Position numbers and translations under genes: made by a program. A stretch of DNA of 64,000 nucleotides from Octopus sinensis (taxonomy: Eukaryota): the NCBI RefSeq assembly GCF_006345805.1, contig NC_043006.1, positions 39,184,001 through 39,248,000 of the forward strand. The letters are read 5' to 3'. Numbering within the stretch: the first letter of the stretch is position 1; the number at the start of each line of letters is the position of its first letter. The notes under the pieces were generated by a model. The model had not been told where the DNA came from. It saw only the letters and a program-made list of their open reading frames with translations, and ran no database searches. This document shows positions 40,755 to 54,439 of the stretch, piece after piece.

Positions 40755-41180
40755 AATTTTGGCACAAGACCAGAAATTTCGGGGGAGGGGTAAGTCGATT
40801 ATATCGGCCCCAGTGTTCAACTGGTACTTGTTTTATCGACCCCCAAAAGTATAAAAGGTAAAGTCGACCTCGGCGGAATTTGAACTCAAAACATAAAGAT
40901 GAACAAAATGCCGCTAAGCATTTTGTTCGACATGCTAAGATGCTGCTAACTCGCCTTCTTTGTTGATTTCCAATTTAGGTAGAAGGCCAGCAATTTCAGG
41001 AGAGGGGATAAGTCTATTATATCGGTCCCAGTGTTCAAATGGTACTTGCTTTATTGACCCCAAATGGATGAAAATGTGAAGACGACCTCTGCGGAATTTG
41101 AACTCCGAGCATAAAGACGGATGAAATACTGCTAAGTATATTGCCCGGCACGTTCGAGGTTTGTCAGCTGGCTGCCTGAT
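40755..41180 (-). mobile_element. Two tandem SINE family B monomers
   Basis: Copies at ~40755-40960 and ~40975-41180. Confidence 0.78.
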
Positions 41181-41476
41181 TTGAAAATAATATTATTTAA
41201 TTCATTTATGATCATATTTCAAGAAACCTATATTCCAATTAGTGTTGAAACGAACGAAACTAAAGAATTGAATGTAAACATAATACCATAAACTCCACCC
41301 GGAGCAATCTCAAGTATAATCAGCCGAAATTGCGAAGATAATCTGGTACTTGACTGAGGAAAGAAAACTTCGAATGACTCGTCCTTGTTTTCTTTGTATC
41401 GCCTATCTGTATGTTTTGTTGTCCCATTTTTGTATCACCTAACTGTGCGGATGTTTTGCGTTCTCGTCCCAATTTG

Positions 41477-41541
<65 letters not shown>

Positions 41542-41644
41542 GATATATATATATATATATATAATTCATTTCGACAGCTGTATGCAATGTGTTACCAAAA
41601 AAGAAAGCTATAATTTTCATTAAATATGACTACACACACATACA

Positions 41645-41719
<75 letters not shown>

Positions 41720-42344
41720 TATATATATATATTTCTTTACTACCCACAAGGGGCTAAATACAGAGGAGACAAACAAGGACAGACAAACGGATTGAGTCGA
41801 TTACATCGACCCCAGTGCGTAACTGGTACTTAATTTATCGTAATTCTATGTATCCTTTGTCTATTACTTGTTCCGATCATTGGACTACGGCCATACCGGG
41901 GCACTGTAATGGATGGCTCGTGTCGAAGCAGTCGATCCGGAAAGTTTTTTTTTTGAAGATTAGTTTTTATTCATCGAATTCTTTTGCCGAACTGCTAACT
42001 TACGGCGATATAAATAAACTAATATCGGATGTCATGTGGTGTGCATGTAGACGGGGTGGGGAAAGAAACACAACACTAATACACAGATATACGTATACAC
42101 ACCAATATATACATTATAGGTAAAAGCTTTTGCACCCGGATCACCGCTTGACAACGGGTTGCTAATGTGTTTCGTAATCTAGCGGTTCGGCAAAAGAGAG
42201 CGATAGAATAAGTACCAAACTTTAAAGAAAAGTACTAGAAACGATTAGTTTGTCTATAATTCCGCAAGGTGGTGCCCCAGCATGGCCGCAATCTAATTAC
42301 TGAAACCGGTAAGAGATAAAAGAAAAAAGATACAGTCACAATAT

Positions 42345-42740
42345 TCTTTTCTACTCTAGGCACTTTACCCCCGAAATTTTTGGAGAGCGGGGCAGCCGAT
42401 TAGCCCGACTCCAGTACGCAACTGGTACTTAATTTATTGACCCCGAAAAGATGAAAGGCAAAGTCGACTGCGGCGGAATTTGAACTCAGAACGTAAATAC
42501 TGACGAAATACCTATTTCTTTACTATCCACAAGGGGTTAAACACAGAGAGGACAAACAAGGACAGACAAACGGATTAAGTTGATTATATCGACCCCAGTA
42601 CTTAACTGGTACTTATTTAATCGACCCCGAAAGGATGAAAGGCAAAGTCGACCTCGGCGGAATTTGAACTCAGAACGTAACGGCAGGTGAAATACCATTA
42701 AGCATTTCGCCCGGCATGCTAACAATTCTGCCAGCTCGGA
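42345..42740 (-). mobile_element. SINE family B dimer
   Basis: Same internal junction as 10730-11295. Confidence 0.85.
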
Positions 42741-43634
42741 AAATTTCTTAAAAGTTATTAACAATTTAAAAAATTTATTCTTTCAAAAGAGAAACAATGT
42801 CACGAGCATTTTGGATAGAAGTTCTCGTATTTTGTATACAATAAGAAAACATTTTTCCCAGAAGGTTCTTGACATTTTGATTTCCTAAAAAAAATTATTT
42901 AAATAGTAAATAACGTCTAAGAAAATCTTTAAATATGTAGTTGTATATATAGATTTCAATAATTGTTTTTCAGAATAGTTCGGTTACTCAGGTTTATCGC
43001 TTAAAATTAATTTACCCTCGCAAACTTGAAAGACATTAACACTTAGTGTGTGGATAAACACTTCCCAGAGGGGAGGCTGCACGTGGCTTTCTCTGATTAC
43101 TTTTGGCATTTCAAAAATTGGTTTAGTACTAATTAGGACATTAACGTAGTTAAAAGCACAGTCTCGTATTGATTGAAAAGAAAAATACCTATGAGTGTGT
43201 GTGAATGTGTGTGTATGTGTGTGTGTGTGTGTGTGGTGTATAGACACACACAAACACAAAACACACACACACACACACACCACGGAGTGACAACACTAAA
43301 TAGTGATGTATATAATGGAAACTTATTACCAGTTCAAATGTCGTTGATTCATAACCAGTCATTGTACAATGGCGGGAATATCATAAGACGAAGCTGCCCC
43401 TCGCGTCAGTTAATAGCGTCAGCCTTTCTGGGCTCCGGTGCTGACGAGGAGATAACCATTCCAAAATGCATGCATCCAACTATCTGGCTAGGGATGGGGG
43501 GCTGCGAGCTGACTCATTGAGTTTACAACTTTCTGTCTACAGCGAGACATTTTTCTCCACGATGAAATACCCTGAATTGCTTTCCTATTGGTTCGTATAT
43601 GCTCCAAGCATATTTGAACAGGTAACAACTGTAT

Positions 43635-43718
<84 letters not shown>

Positions 43719-43721
43719 TAT

Positions 43722-43822
<101 letters not shown>

Positions 43823-43841
43823 CACACACTATATGTATGTA

Positions 43842-43874
<33 letters not shown>

Positions 43875-44032
43875 AGTTCAGCAAAATTTAGATTCAAATG
43901 AATATGGTACTTAAGTCAGATGCACCAGAATTTTGTACGGTATTTCCATATAAATCCATGGGGTGATTATAATCAAAGTAATTTGGTACGATCGCTTCAC
44001 GCTACATCATTTTATTAAAATTGTAAGTATTA

Positions 44033-44112
<80 letters not shown>

Positions 44113-44705
44113 TATTTTTTAAACCTGAAACTTATTCTCTCACCTTTTGCCCAACCGCTAGCTTACAGACAATACCAGTTGTCATGTCATAGCGGGAAAC
44201 AGACACAAACACACACACACACACACACACATACACACACACACACACGCTCATATATACGAAGAAATTCTTTCAGTTTCCGTCTCCCAAATCCAATAAC
44301 AGGACTTTGTTCAATATCCCGTACAGTGAAACTAAATCCGAAACCGCGTTGTTGAGAAGAAAACCTCTCCTCACACAGCCACAGCATAGTAAATATTAAA
44401 GCTTAAATTTTCTCGAATTCTACTGTAGCTTATAGTTTTCATTCCTAATTGCAGGTATATAAACATGTCGTCGCGATACGGATCGCTGTATGTTTCTTCT
44501 CATTTGAATATTCGAGATGTGTATCGCTGCATATTAAAATGCAAAGAAATATTTAAGCGGTAGAATATAAATATAATCTATGCTAAATCTTTTAGTGTAT
44601 GTATCTTCAAATTTAGCAAACAAAACTTTCATTCTCACACACGCATAAATACACACACAAGCACACACACGCACAAACATATGATGCATAGACAAACATA
44701 TGATG

Positions 44706-44742
<37 letters not shown>

Positions 44743-45299
44743 GTTTTTGTGATATTTCTGCTGCTTTTAAATAAAGTATATCTATCTATCTATTGCTCTC
44801 TATATATATGTATATATATATATATATACGGATGTATATAATATATATATATATATATATGGATGTATATAATATATATATATGTATGGATGGATGGATG
44901 TATATAATTATATATGTAAATATATATGTATGCGTATACATACACACACACACGTATATATATACATATATGCATATATGTATGTTCATATATGTTTGTG
45001 TATGTTGTATGCGTGTGTGTGCATGCGTGTGCGTGTGTGTGTGTGCGTGCGTCCATGTATGCGCGTGTGCGCAAATGAAGACGCGTGGCCTAGCGGTCGA
45101 GGTGTTGCTCTCACGATCGCCAGACCAATGATTCGATTCCTATATCGGCCGGGCCGTTGTATTCTGAAGCAAAATAGTTAGTGCCAGAATCGTTGACGCC
45201 CATCAGCAGAAATACTTAAAGGTATAGCTTCCCGCTCTCTACATTCTGAGTTCAAATCCCACCTGTCTGCTGAAGGCAATGATGAACCACTTCAGTATT

Positions 45300-45870
45300 C
45301 TTTCCGGTCGCAAATCCTTTGCATTCTGGGCTCACATATCACACAAGCATCGTAAAATATGTCTACAATCCCTTTGATATCGACACTTTGAACCTTTTAC
45401 AATAAGCCCTTATTCTTTCTAATGTTTTCGTAACATCCACCACAATCGGTAATGGGTCACGTGCGTTCCTGAAGCGATCACAATTTCTTTTCCATGTTCC
45501 TGATACTCTCGAGTGTTTGCCGCATGTATCTTCTTGTATCTTCTTGGAAAATCACATGTAAAGCTATCACACTTCTTGTGGGTCGAGTTTATACCAGGTA
45601 CACTCTATGGAATGCTACAGACTCATTTTCTGCACACACAACACAGGGATTTTCCAGAGGGTAGCGGTAGAGCACCGACTGTTCTTTATCGTTTTTACTT
45701 TTGTCTTTGCAAACTTCACTTTCGGTCAACAACATGGTATGCAGCCAGGAAGCTGAAGTGACTGGCCTCATTTAGTTGTGTGCCATCATTAGAAGAAATC
45801 CATCCTCATTGCTGGTCATATAACCTGCCTTCTTTGTTTTGAGAAACTAACCGACATTGGTTGGGCATTT
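45300..45870 (-). mobile_element. Highly decayed RLE-type (R4/Dong-like) LINE fragment
   Basis: Minus-strand remnants GYMTSNEDGFLL, CVVCAENESVA and PLPIVV appear in the order expected for this clade. Confidence 0.4.
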
Positions 45871-46116
45871 GAAATGTCTATGTTATAGACTGGAAAAAGT
45901 GTCTGAGTATATTTTCGTTGAGAGGTGGCCAAAAAGCTGCGAAGCGTATCTCTCTGAAGATGTACCACGCTCCAATCTGCGCGTCCAAGGCACGGAGAGA
46001 ATGTGGGTACACTTTAGATGTTTCTCACACAGATCTCAAAAATTTACAAATTCGGTTCTTCCCTTTTTTGTTGCATTGCGCATACCTCACACACACACGC
46101 ACACACACACGCACAC

Positions 46117-46167
<51 letters not shown>

Positions 46168-46455
46168 TTATGTATGAATGAATGCGCTCGACACGCAACG
46201 ATTAAATTACATAAGTTTCGGCTCTAATGACAATCGCGTTAAACTCCCACTGTCGCCTGTACACTCAGGTAGTCCAATTTCGGGAGTGGTCTATAACGTA
46301 ATATAAAGAACACAGCTGTATTAAGAGAAAAGGGCACGGGAATTGACAAAGGAATAGTAAGTAAGTGTTCATATACTTTTCGCTGATATGTGTGTGTGGT
46401 GCGTGTGTGTGTACATACATACATACATAATACATACATACATACATATTATATA

Positions 46456-46523
<68 letters not shown>

Positions 46524-46524
<1 letters not shown>

Positions 46525-46798
46525 GAGGAAAAAAAGACAAGGTAGAAAATGTTAAAATAATTTTTTCATTTTAGTACCGGTTTCCATCTTTAAGACTTTT
46601 CAGCTAAGAGTAAAATATGAAGGACAATTAAATTGGAGAAAAGAATTAAGTGAAATGTTTTGTAAATATTTCGATAGTCTTCAGATAGTCTGTCTCTCCC
46701 TTTGTGAATGCACTCACAAATTTTTTTCTCCAATTTAATTGTTTTTCTTATTTTACTCTTAGTTGAAAAAGTTTAAACGTCAGAAACTGGCACTAAAA
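46524..46798. mobile_element. PLE-type terminal fragment with ~75-bp inverted repeats carrying decayed HHR motifs
   Basis: Arms 46569-46643 and 46724-46798; minus copy UUAG-CUGAAAA-GUC..GAU-G-GAAA-CCGGU-A-CUAA; the left end abuts (TA)n. Confidence 0.6.
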
Positions 46799-46946
46799 TG
46801 TACTTCATGATAAAATGTGTGCATGCATGTACTCTTTCAATATGTTTAGTGAGTACATGTATGTTTTCATTGTTAGGTTGGCGATGGGCTGTGTATAAAT
46901 GAAGAATAAACACTCGCTAAATATCGCAATTTTTATTTTGTTGTAG

Positions 46947-47000
46947 ATGCGTTGCAAGATGTTATGGCATTCTGGCATGTACAGTTTAAACGAGAACAGA
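46947..47000 (+). CDS. Putative exon 1 of an unidentified gene (xALQDVMAFWHVQFKREQ)
   Basis: Acceptor TTTTTATTTTGTTGTAG; weak donor GTGAAC; phase-compatible with 49950. Confidence 0.2.
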
Positions 47001-47014
47001 GTGAACGAATATGT

Positions 47015-47400
47015 CCTTTTCTACTCTAGGCACAAGGTCCGAAATTTTTGGGGAGGGGACCAGTCTATTAGATCGACACCAGTACGCAACTGGTACTGAA
47101 TTTATCGACCCCAGTTTATCGACCACTAAGCATTTCGCCCGGCATGCTAACGTTTTTTTTAATTTCTTTACTGCTTACAAGAGGTTACACACAGAGGGGA
47201 CAAACAAGTCCAGACAAACGGATTAAGTTGATTATATCGACCTCAGTGCGTAACTGGTACTTATTTAATCGACTCCGAAAGGATAAAAGGTAAAGTCGAC
47301 CGCGGTGGAATTTGAACACAACGTAACGGCAGACGAAATACTGCTAAGCATTTCGCCCGGCATGCTTACGTTACTGAACGAATATATTCAGCCGCCTTAC
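47015..47400 (-). mobile_element. SINE family B dimer with an internal deletion
   Basis: Matches the family B units. Confidence 0.8.
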
Positions 47401-48223
47401 TGAACGAATATATCGTCAGATAGTGCCTTCTATGAGAGAGGCATCGCGACACCACGTGTAGGGCGCAGAAGCAAAGAAAGAGAGCTAGCAGTCCTAGGTG
47501 TGGGCAGTTGGCGAGCTGACTGCCCAAAAGGGAAAAGAGAAAGAATACCGACTGTCGGACTCCTTATATGCCTTTCACAACTTCCGTTAAGGGCTATTGT
47601 GTTTCGCGCATGCATCGTGGCTGCTCGCTTTGTCCTTTCCGGGCCCTTTCTGTTTAGCCTTGAGATAATCCAAGCAGGCACGACGGGTACGCTAAACATG
47701 TATATATTCCGGCACATTATCAAAAAGTTGTGTCTCTATTTCAGAATCGGCAGCTGATGATGTTCTTGAGCAAGGCACTTTACTAACCAACTTAAATAAG
47801 TCCCTATATCTTTCCCTCTCCAGCTGTCAGAATATGAAGGTTCTAGTGGGTCAGTACTAGGGTGACAGGGGCTTGCCAATGTGTGTGCAAGACTGCACAG
47901 GGATCCAAAACAACCACTAGAAACATGGTACATGGCACCATGCCATCTTCTCTTCTGAACCGACGCTTTTTGATATGATATAATATAATGTAATATAATA
48001 TAATATAATATATATAAGCAATGTTTAGGACAGTTAATATTCTCACTTCTTTTGATAACATTTTTGTAAAATATAAAACAACATACATACATACTTATCT
48101 ACGTGTGTGTATATTTGTGTGTGTACGTGTATATATCAAAAGATGTTTGCCAACAAAATATCAGAGATAAAATCAAAATATATACCAAAACTGATTCAAA
48201 ATGTTAAATAAAGAACTATTCAT

Positions 48224-48271
<48 letters not shown>

Positions 48272-48699
48272 ATATATATATATATATAATATACACATAC
48301 ACATACATATAGTCGACTTAAATTTCTTTTATAGTATATACATTTTTCATAGATACCCTTAAATTGGACGTGTTTTTTCAAATGGTTTTTATCTTTCAAT
48401 CTTCGATCACCAAATCTAAGTTTTTTTTTCTATTCAAATGTTTTGCATAATTGTATTCATAATATGCAACCTCTTTGTCATTCTCTTTTTGAAATTGTAT
48501 GTTAGACTTATTTAACATTGATCAATATTTCTGTGTTAAATATATTAAAATATATTTCTTATATGACGGGGGCCACTCTAGCTTTAAAACTTTTGATAGC
48601 TAAAAAAGCTTCTCCACGAGTATTTTATTATTTTTGCGACTAAATTCCTCAAGAATAACCACCAGTGTACATTCTTGGAATTTTCCCAGTGATTCTCAA

Positions 48700-48975
48700 G
48701 TTTCTGCTTCAGTAAGTATTAAAAAGTTTAAATTTGGCTGATAAGGTCCTGCCATAATATTCTACCACTTTCAACAAAAGTAAGGAAGCAATAAACTGCT
48801 TTGAATTCAAAGAGCCACAACTTTTCAATGCCTTGCCAAAAAGTCATCAGAGAGTCACAAGGTTTAGATGTAAATTTGTTCAAACAACAATTGAGCAAAT
48901 TTTTATCCGATATACAAGATGCAAACATATCACAGCAAAAAACCACAAAGAGGGACAGCTCCATTCGACCTCACC
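48700..48975 (+). mobile_element. CR1/L2-group LINE 3' coding remnant
   Basis: FEFKEPQLFNALPKVIRE..GLDVNLFKQQLSKFLSDIQD resembles the CR1-group C-terminus. Confidence 0.5.
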
Positions 48976-49949
48976 ACTTCACCAGAATCGATTTTCAGAG
49001 ACGAGACGAGGAAGTGCGTCTAAAATAAACAAACGTTAACGCTAATGGCAGTGTTTTATCATGACTACAACTTCTGGCTGAAACCAATAATAGAATGATT
49101 GAACAATAAAAACGAAACATGCCCAGAACTGACTCCCATATCGTCCGAAATAATTACTATGCTATGACAGAAGATTACCTTTTTTCTTTCCATGGGGTAT
49201 GCGTAACATTTTGATGCTCCCAACATTTAAAAGGATATTAATTATATTTAGCTATTATTTGCTGTGCAGATAGCATCTCTGAGTTTTAAACCATGGACAA
49301 GATTGGAAACAGAGCTATTGAAAATAGGAGAGAAGAATAAAAACAAAAAAAATGAGAAATAGTTTTCGAAAATTATTTGCGTCTGGTACAAATGGCTCGG
49401 TCGGTAGTTTAAATTAGTATTTTTAGAATATCATGCTAGCTGTTCCTCGATTTAACGGGTCGACCAGTTGACCTCCAGTTTGTTTTTGCTTCAGTACGTT
49501 AGATCAATTTAAAAAGGTAACTTAGTTTGTATAACCATCATAAACATCGTGTTTTTAACAAAGATTGTTGTCTGTTCGTTTGTGTGTGTATGTTAGTGTG
49601 TGTGTGTGTGTGTGTGTACGTTGCTTCGTCTTTGCTTGTGACTTAACTTATATATATATATATGAGAGTCAAGACTACTGAGAATGTTGCAAGACGCAAC
49701 GAAATAAGTGGAATAAGTGGAAATTTTACCGGTGAGTGTTTTAAATTATAAAGCACAAAAAGAAAATGACTCTCCCCAGACACAACAGAATTTGCTTCAA
49801 CACACGAACTCATATAAAGAATCTTGCAAACCAAATCCAAAGCGAAATTATATATATATATAATATATATATATAATATATATATATAATTACCCCACAC
49901 ATGGATAGCAAAGCTAGATTATCGTTACTAGATTTATTATTTTCACCAG

Positions 49950-49986
49950 GTGATGAAACTATCACCGTAGACGCCGTCTTGGCTAC
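49950..49986 (+). CDS. Putative exon 2 (xDETITVDAVLAT)
   Basis: Acceptor TTATTATTTTCACCAG; donor GTAAAT; open frame ends with AC, completed by the G at 51349. Confidence 0.3.
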
Positions 49987-50754
49987 GTAAATAAGAAGCT
50001 CGCTCAGCAACTACGCGCTCTCTGGTTCAGTCCTGCAGTTGCGACACCTTGGGCAAATGTTTTTTTTATCATAGACGGAAGATGAGCAATATTTTTGAGT
50101 GGAATTGGTTGTTGGAAAATGTGCCGAAGGATGTCGCTTCTATTTGTGTGTCTATATACGCGTGCGAGTTACACACACAGATATGTATATATATATATAT
50201 ATATTATATATAGTTTATATCCAGTTAATAGAAGAAAAATGGAGATTAAGAAGTTAATAACTGTTTATCATTAACAGCAAATTGGTCATCTTTACTTACA
50301 GCCGTTTCAATTAATACTTAATAAACATTAAATTTACATTTATATTACATGAGTATAATATCATCAGAGGAAAAAAGATGTACCTTTGGATGTTATATGT
50401 GTGCTTATGAATTCATTTTAGTAGACTCATATATTTATATGGGGGAGGGCGTTTGTCTCTCACCACTTTATGACAGGTATTGGTTTGTTTACGTTCCCAT
50501 GAGCTAGTGGATCGGGAAAAGATGCGTTGAATATTTAATAACAGACTGATTGAGTTCCACATTACCTGAAGTTTGTTGGGGAGTGAACACATCGACATCT
50601 CCAAATCTTCATGGTCAAGCTTATTTCAAAGAAATTCAAAAACGCTTTCCAAGTAAGAATATTTACACCTCATGGACATTGCAAGTAACATAGATGCTTC
50701 AGCTAGTCAGCAGAAGCAATTCTTTCGTTATATGCGCCACGAAATGTTGATGTC

Positions 50755-50940
50755 ATATGTAACTTAACTCCACCCAAATGCCTATCTCTGCATGTCGTAC
50801 CTGCAGTCGTTGAATGTCATTCCCCACAGAATGCTGAGAAAATGCTGATGTCATTTTCTCAGCATTCTGTGGGGATGACATTTCAACGACTGCAGGTAAA
50901 CATGCAGAGATAGGCATTTGGGTGGAGTTAAGTTACATAT
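50755..50940. repeat. Near-perfect 90-bp inverted repeat with a 7-nt spacer
   Basis: Arms 50755-50844 and 50852-50940; spacer CTGATGT. Confidence 0.95.
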
Positions 50941-51348
50941 CTATTAGCCCTCTCATTCCTGGACCCTTGTGTCTAACTTTATCCTCCACATGGGCTAATG
51001 AGCAAAACAAATATATAGCTGCATACGAAGTACAATAGTAACGATTGCAAAAACTTTACTAACAGAATCACAACAAAATTTAAGGGAATAAAAATAAGTC
51101 ACTCAACTACGGTACATGTTCAGCCTAAGTGTTACGTTTCTGATGTATTTTCCCTGTTTCATTTCATTGAGGCTATTCCCGGTATAACAGGAACATGTCG
51201 CGATAGGGTTAATGAGTCGTGAATGGGTACGTGGTGGGAAATCAGTGAACCGCAGCGATGTAAACTAAATAAGATATAATCTCACTATAAGCAACAATAG
51301 GGAGATAATCTCATTATAAGCCAGCTAAGCTTAAGGTTTTATTTCCAG

Positions 51349-51424
51349 GTTATCAGCGGCCAACTGGGAATTCCAGATAATGTTGGGTGAAGTGATTTCT
51401 TTGGTGCACGAGTTTTTAGAGGAA
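51349..51424 (+). CDS. Putative exon 3 (LSAANWEFQIMLGEVISLVHEFLEE)
   Basis: Acceptor GTTTTATTTCCAG; strong donor GAA/GTGAGT; a 25-codon open frame. Confidence 0.4.
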
Positions 51425-51639
51425 GTGAGTCAGAGCGGTTGAGTTCATTTGTCTGACTATTTGTCTGTGTGTCTGCGTGTCTACCTGTCTATGTACACAC
51501 ACATACCTGTGTGTGTGTATTTATGCATATATACATACACATATATATAAATATCTGCATATACATGCATTTAAATATATATATAGGTATACCTATATGT
51601 AATCATCATTTGAATATATATATATGACTATATACAGTC

Positions 51640-51767
51640 GGTGCAGGAGTGGCTGAGTAGTAAGTAGCTTGCTTACCAACCACATGGTTCCAGGTTCAGT
51701 CCCACTGCGTGGCCGACCAAAGACTTGTGAGTGGATTTGGTAGATGGAAACTGAAAGACGATAATCG

Positions 51768-51798
<31 letters not shown>

Positions 51799-51878
51799 CT
51801 CCTGGGGTCGATTTGTTCGACTAAAGGCGGTGCTCCAGCAAGGCCACAGTCAAATGACTGAAACAAATAAAAAAGAAA
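51640..51878 (+). mobile_element. SINE family A with internal deletions
   Basis: Head and tail retained. Confidence 0.8.
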
Positions 51879-52225
51879 ACGAATATATACATATGTATGA
51901 ATGCATGTGTATACACACACATATGTGTGTCTACGTAAATGCATATATATACATATACATACATACATACATACATACAAACACACACACACACATATAT
52001 ATATATATATTATATATATATATATATATATACTATATATATATATATTATGTATGTATGTATATGTATATATATGCATTTACATAGACACACATAAAAT
52101 TGTTCTATGTATTCTACATTCACTTTTATATAAAGTATTCACTGTCTTTTCCTTCGTATGTCTATATTTCTAACTGAATTTATATGCTGTGTGTATAATA
52201 TAGATATATATTATAATATATATAG

Positions 52226-52278
<53 letters not shown>

Positions 52279-52377
52279 TGTATGTATGTATGTATGTATG
52301 TATGTATATACTTATTTATTTATACGAACTAGCATTTACATAGAGACATACGCGCACATGCATACATACATACATTC

Positions 52378-52419
<42 letters not shown>

Positions 52420-52438
52420 ATATGTATATATATGTATT

Positions 52439-52475
<37 letters not shown>

Positions 52476-52601
52476 GTATACATATGTAGTATATATATAT
52501 TATATAATATATAATAACATACATACATACATACACATCTATCTGTTGCTCACTTATAAACTCTTAAAGTGCCTAAGTTGCAGAAAACTATTGGCACACT
52601 T

Positions 52602-52638
<37 letters not shown>

Positions 52639-52730
52639 TCTCTTTCTGTATATTCATCTACCACTTGCCCAATCATACCTCACCCCATTTCTCCCCACTC
52701 CATTCCCACTCACTCTCACACACACACACA

Positions 52731-52765
<35 letters not shown>

Positions 52766-53194
52766 TTCCTTCCACCTCTTTCTTTCGTCCTCCGCATCTA
52801 TTCAGTTCCTACAGTTATCATTCCGTCTAAAATATTCAAATAGATGCAACTAATATTCTAGTCATGATTTTTTGAGTCTGACTGAATTAACTGAACAGTT
52901 TCATCACGTGACTTGTACTTTCAATGACGTCATGTCACTTCTATAATATACAGATATTTATTGTACATATTCTTTGTATTTTACACAGATATATAATATA
53001 CTATGATATTATATGCTTAAATTCTCACACACACATACTGTCAGCAGGCAGTTACATATAAATTTCCTTTCTTTTACTTGTAAATTAATGTATGATGAGC
53101 CCCACTTGAATCATACGAATGATTGTCAGTCAATCGATTAATTATTGTGATAAACTTTCTAACACAAACCCGCAACCACCCTTTCCACTCTCAC

Positions 53195-53620
53195 ACATTT
53201 TCTTATTTCTTTACTGTTCACAAGGGGCTAGACACAGAGGGGACAAACAAAGACAGACAAATGGATTAAGCCGATTATATCGACTCCTGTGCGTAAGTGG
53301 TACTTATTTAATCGACCCTGAAAGGATGAAAGGCAAAGTCGACCTCGGCGGAATTTGAACTCAGAACGTAGCGGCAGATAAATACCTATTTCTTTACTAC
53401 CCACAAGGGGTTAAACACAGAGAGGACAAACAAGGACACACAAACGGATTAAGTCGATTATATTGACCCCAGTGTGTAAATGGTATTTATTTAATCGACC
53501 CCGAAAAGGATGAATGGCAAAGTCGACCTCGGTGGAATTTGAACTCACAACGTAACGGCAGACGAAATACCACTAAGTATTTCGCACGGCGCCCTAACGT
53601 TTCTGTCAGCTCGCCGCCTT
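53195..53620 (-). mobile_element. SINE family B dimer
   Basis: Two units with the same re-entry junction as other multimers. Confidence 0.87.
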
Positions 53621-53859
53621 ACACATTTTCTATCCCGGCTCAGGGCTTCGGTGTTTATCTCTTTTCTTCATGATTCATTAAACTACAAGCCATTCGCCTT
53701 TTCAGACTGCTTCCTCTTGTAAGTAGGTACCTAAGTTTGGTTTTCCTGAGATCAAGAACTCATAAAGCCAGTCACAGTATTCTCCTGCACGGGACAAAGG
53801 TCCGCTTCAGGTTTAAGACCAGTAAAGTTTTTGAAGAGATGGGACATGTCGGTTACATG

Positions 53860-54012
53860 GAGCTTGGTACTTCAATGTTATTTTATTTAATCGATCTCGA
53901 TGTCAAAGGTATAATTGACCACAGAGGTATTTGATATTAGAACATAAAGAGCCCGAAATATCGTTAAGTATCTTGTCGGATATGATAACGATTCTGCCAG
54001 CTCGTTGCCTTA
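53860..54012 (-). mobile_element. SINE family B, diverged monomer
   Basis: Recognisable domain and head. Confidence 0.6.
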
Positions 54013-54338
54013 TGAAGCAACTCTGGACAGACTTGTTAAAGCCGTAGCTTTAACTGAAACACGGTGAACAGCACTGGATGAGTTGCGCCATTAGATCGCC
54101 AGGTCAGAAAAAATGACGACAGTATCAGTGCCAAACAATGTTTAGGCATAAACGAACTTTAAATTGCTTAAAATATGTTTGTGAGTTATTCTAAGTTCTA
54201 AAGGCAAGCATATATATAATTATCATATAAAAGGAGAAGAGCGAAATTCAAAATATGACATACATATGTTTTCCTAATACATTCCAGTATATTCCAACAC
54301 GAATATACTAATCACTCTTCTGATTTTTTTTTTTGCAG

Positions 54339-54359
54339 GAGAAAAATTTAAGGACGAAC
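54339..54359 (+). CDS. Putative 21-nt micro-exon (EKNLRTN)
   Basis: Branch-point-like TACTAAT (54306-54312), long T tract plus GCAG, donor GTGAGT. Confidence 0.4.
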
Positions 54360-54439
54360 GTGAGTCCATAATTCACTCACTTTATTAGTGCAAGGGATTC
54401 TGGGACAGCCGGTGTTCCGACATTGTTGTGTCTCTTCAG

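Noticed and set aside
43435-43480. CTGACGA-GGA..TCC-AAAA hammerhead-like string
   Set aside because: GAAA is absent and the predicted position 17 is G.
43320-43632. GC-richer island with overlapping ORFs and a GTAACA donor
   Set aside because: The frames are closed by stops and the phase does not fit the exon chain; weak terminal inverted similarity suggests a MITE remnant.
47500-47560. Two GC-rich hairpins (GGGCAGTTGGC-GA-GCTGACTGCCC and CCGAC-T-GTCGG)
   Set aside because: No terminator context in a eukaryote and no recognisable RNA family; probably a repeat remnant.
49495-49516. Good-looking 22-nt exon (TLDQFKK)
   Set aside because: Its phase is incompatible with the neighbouring candidates; it shows that pseudo-exons are common here.
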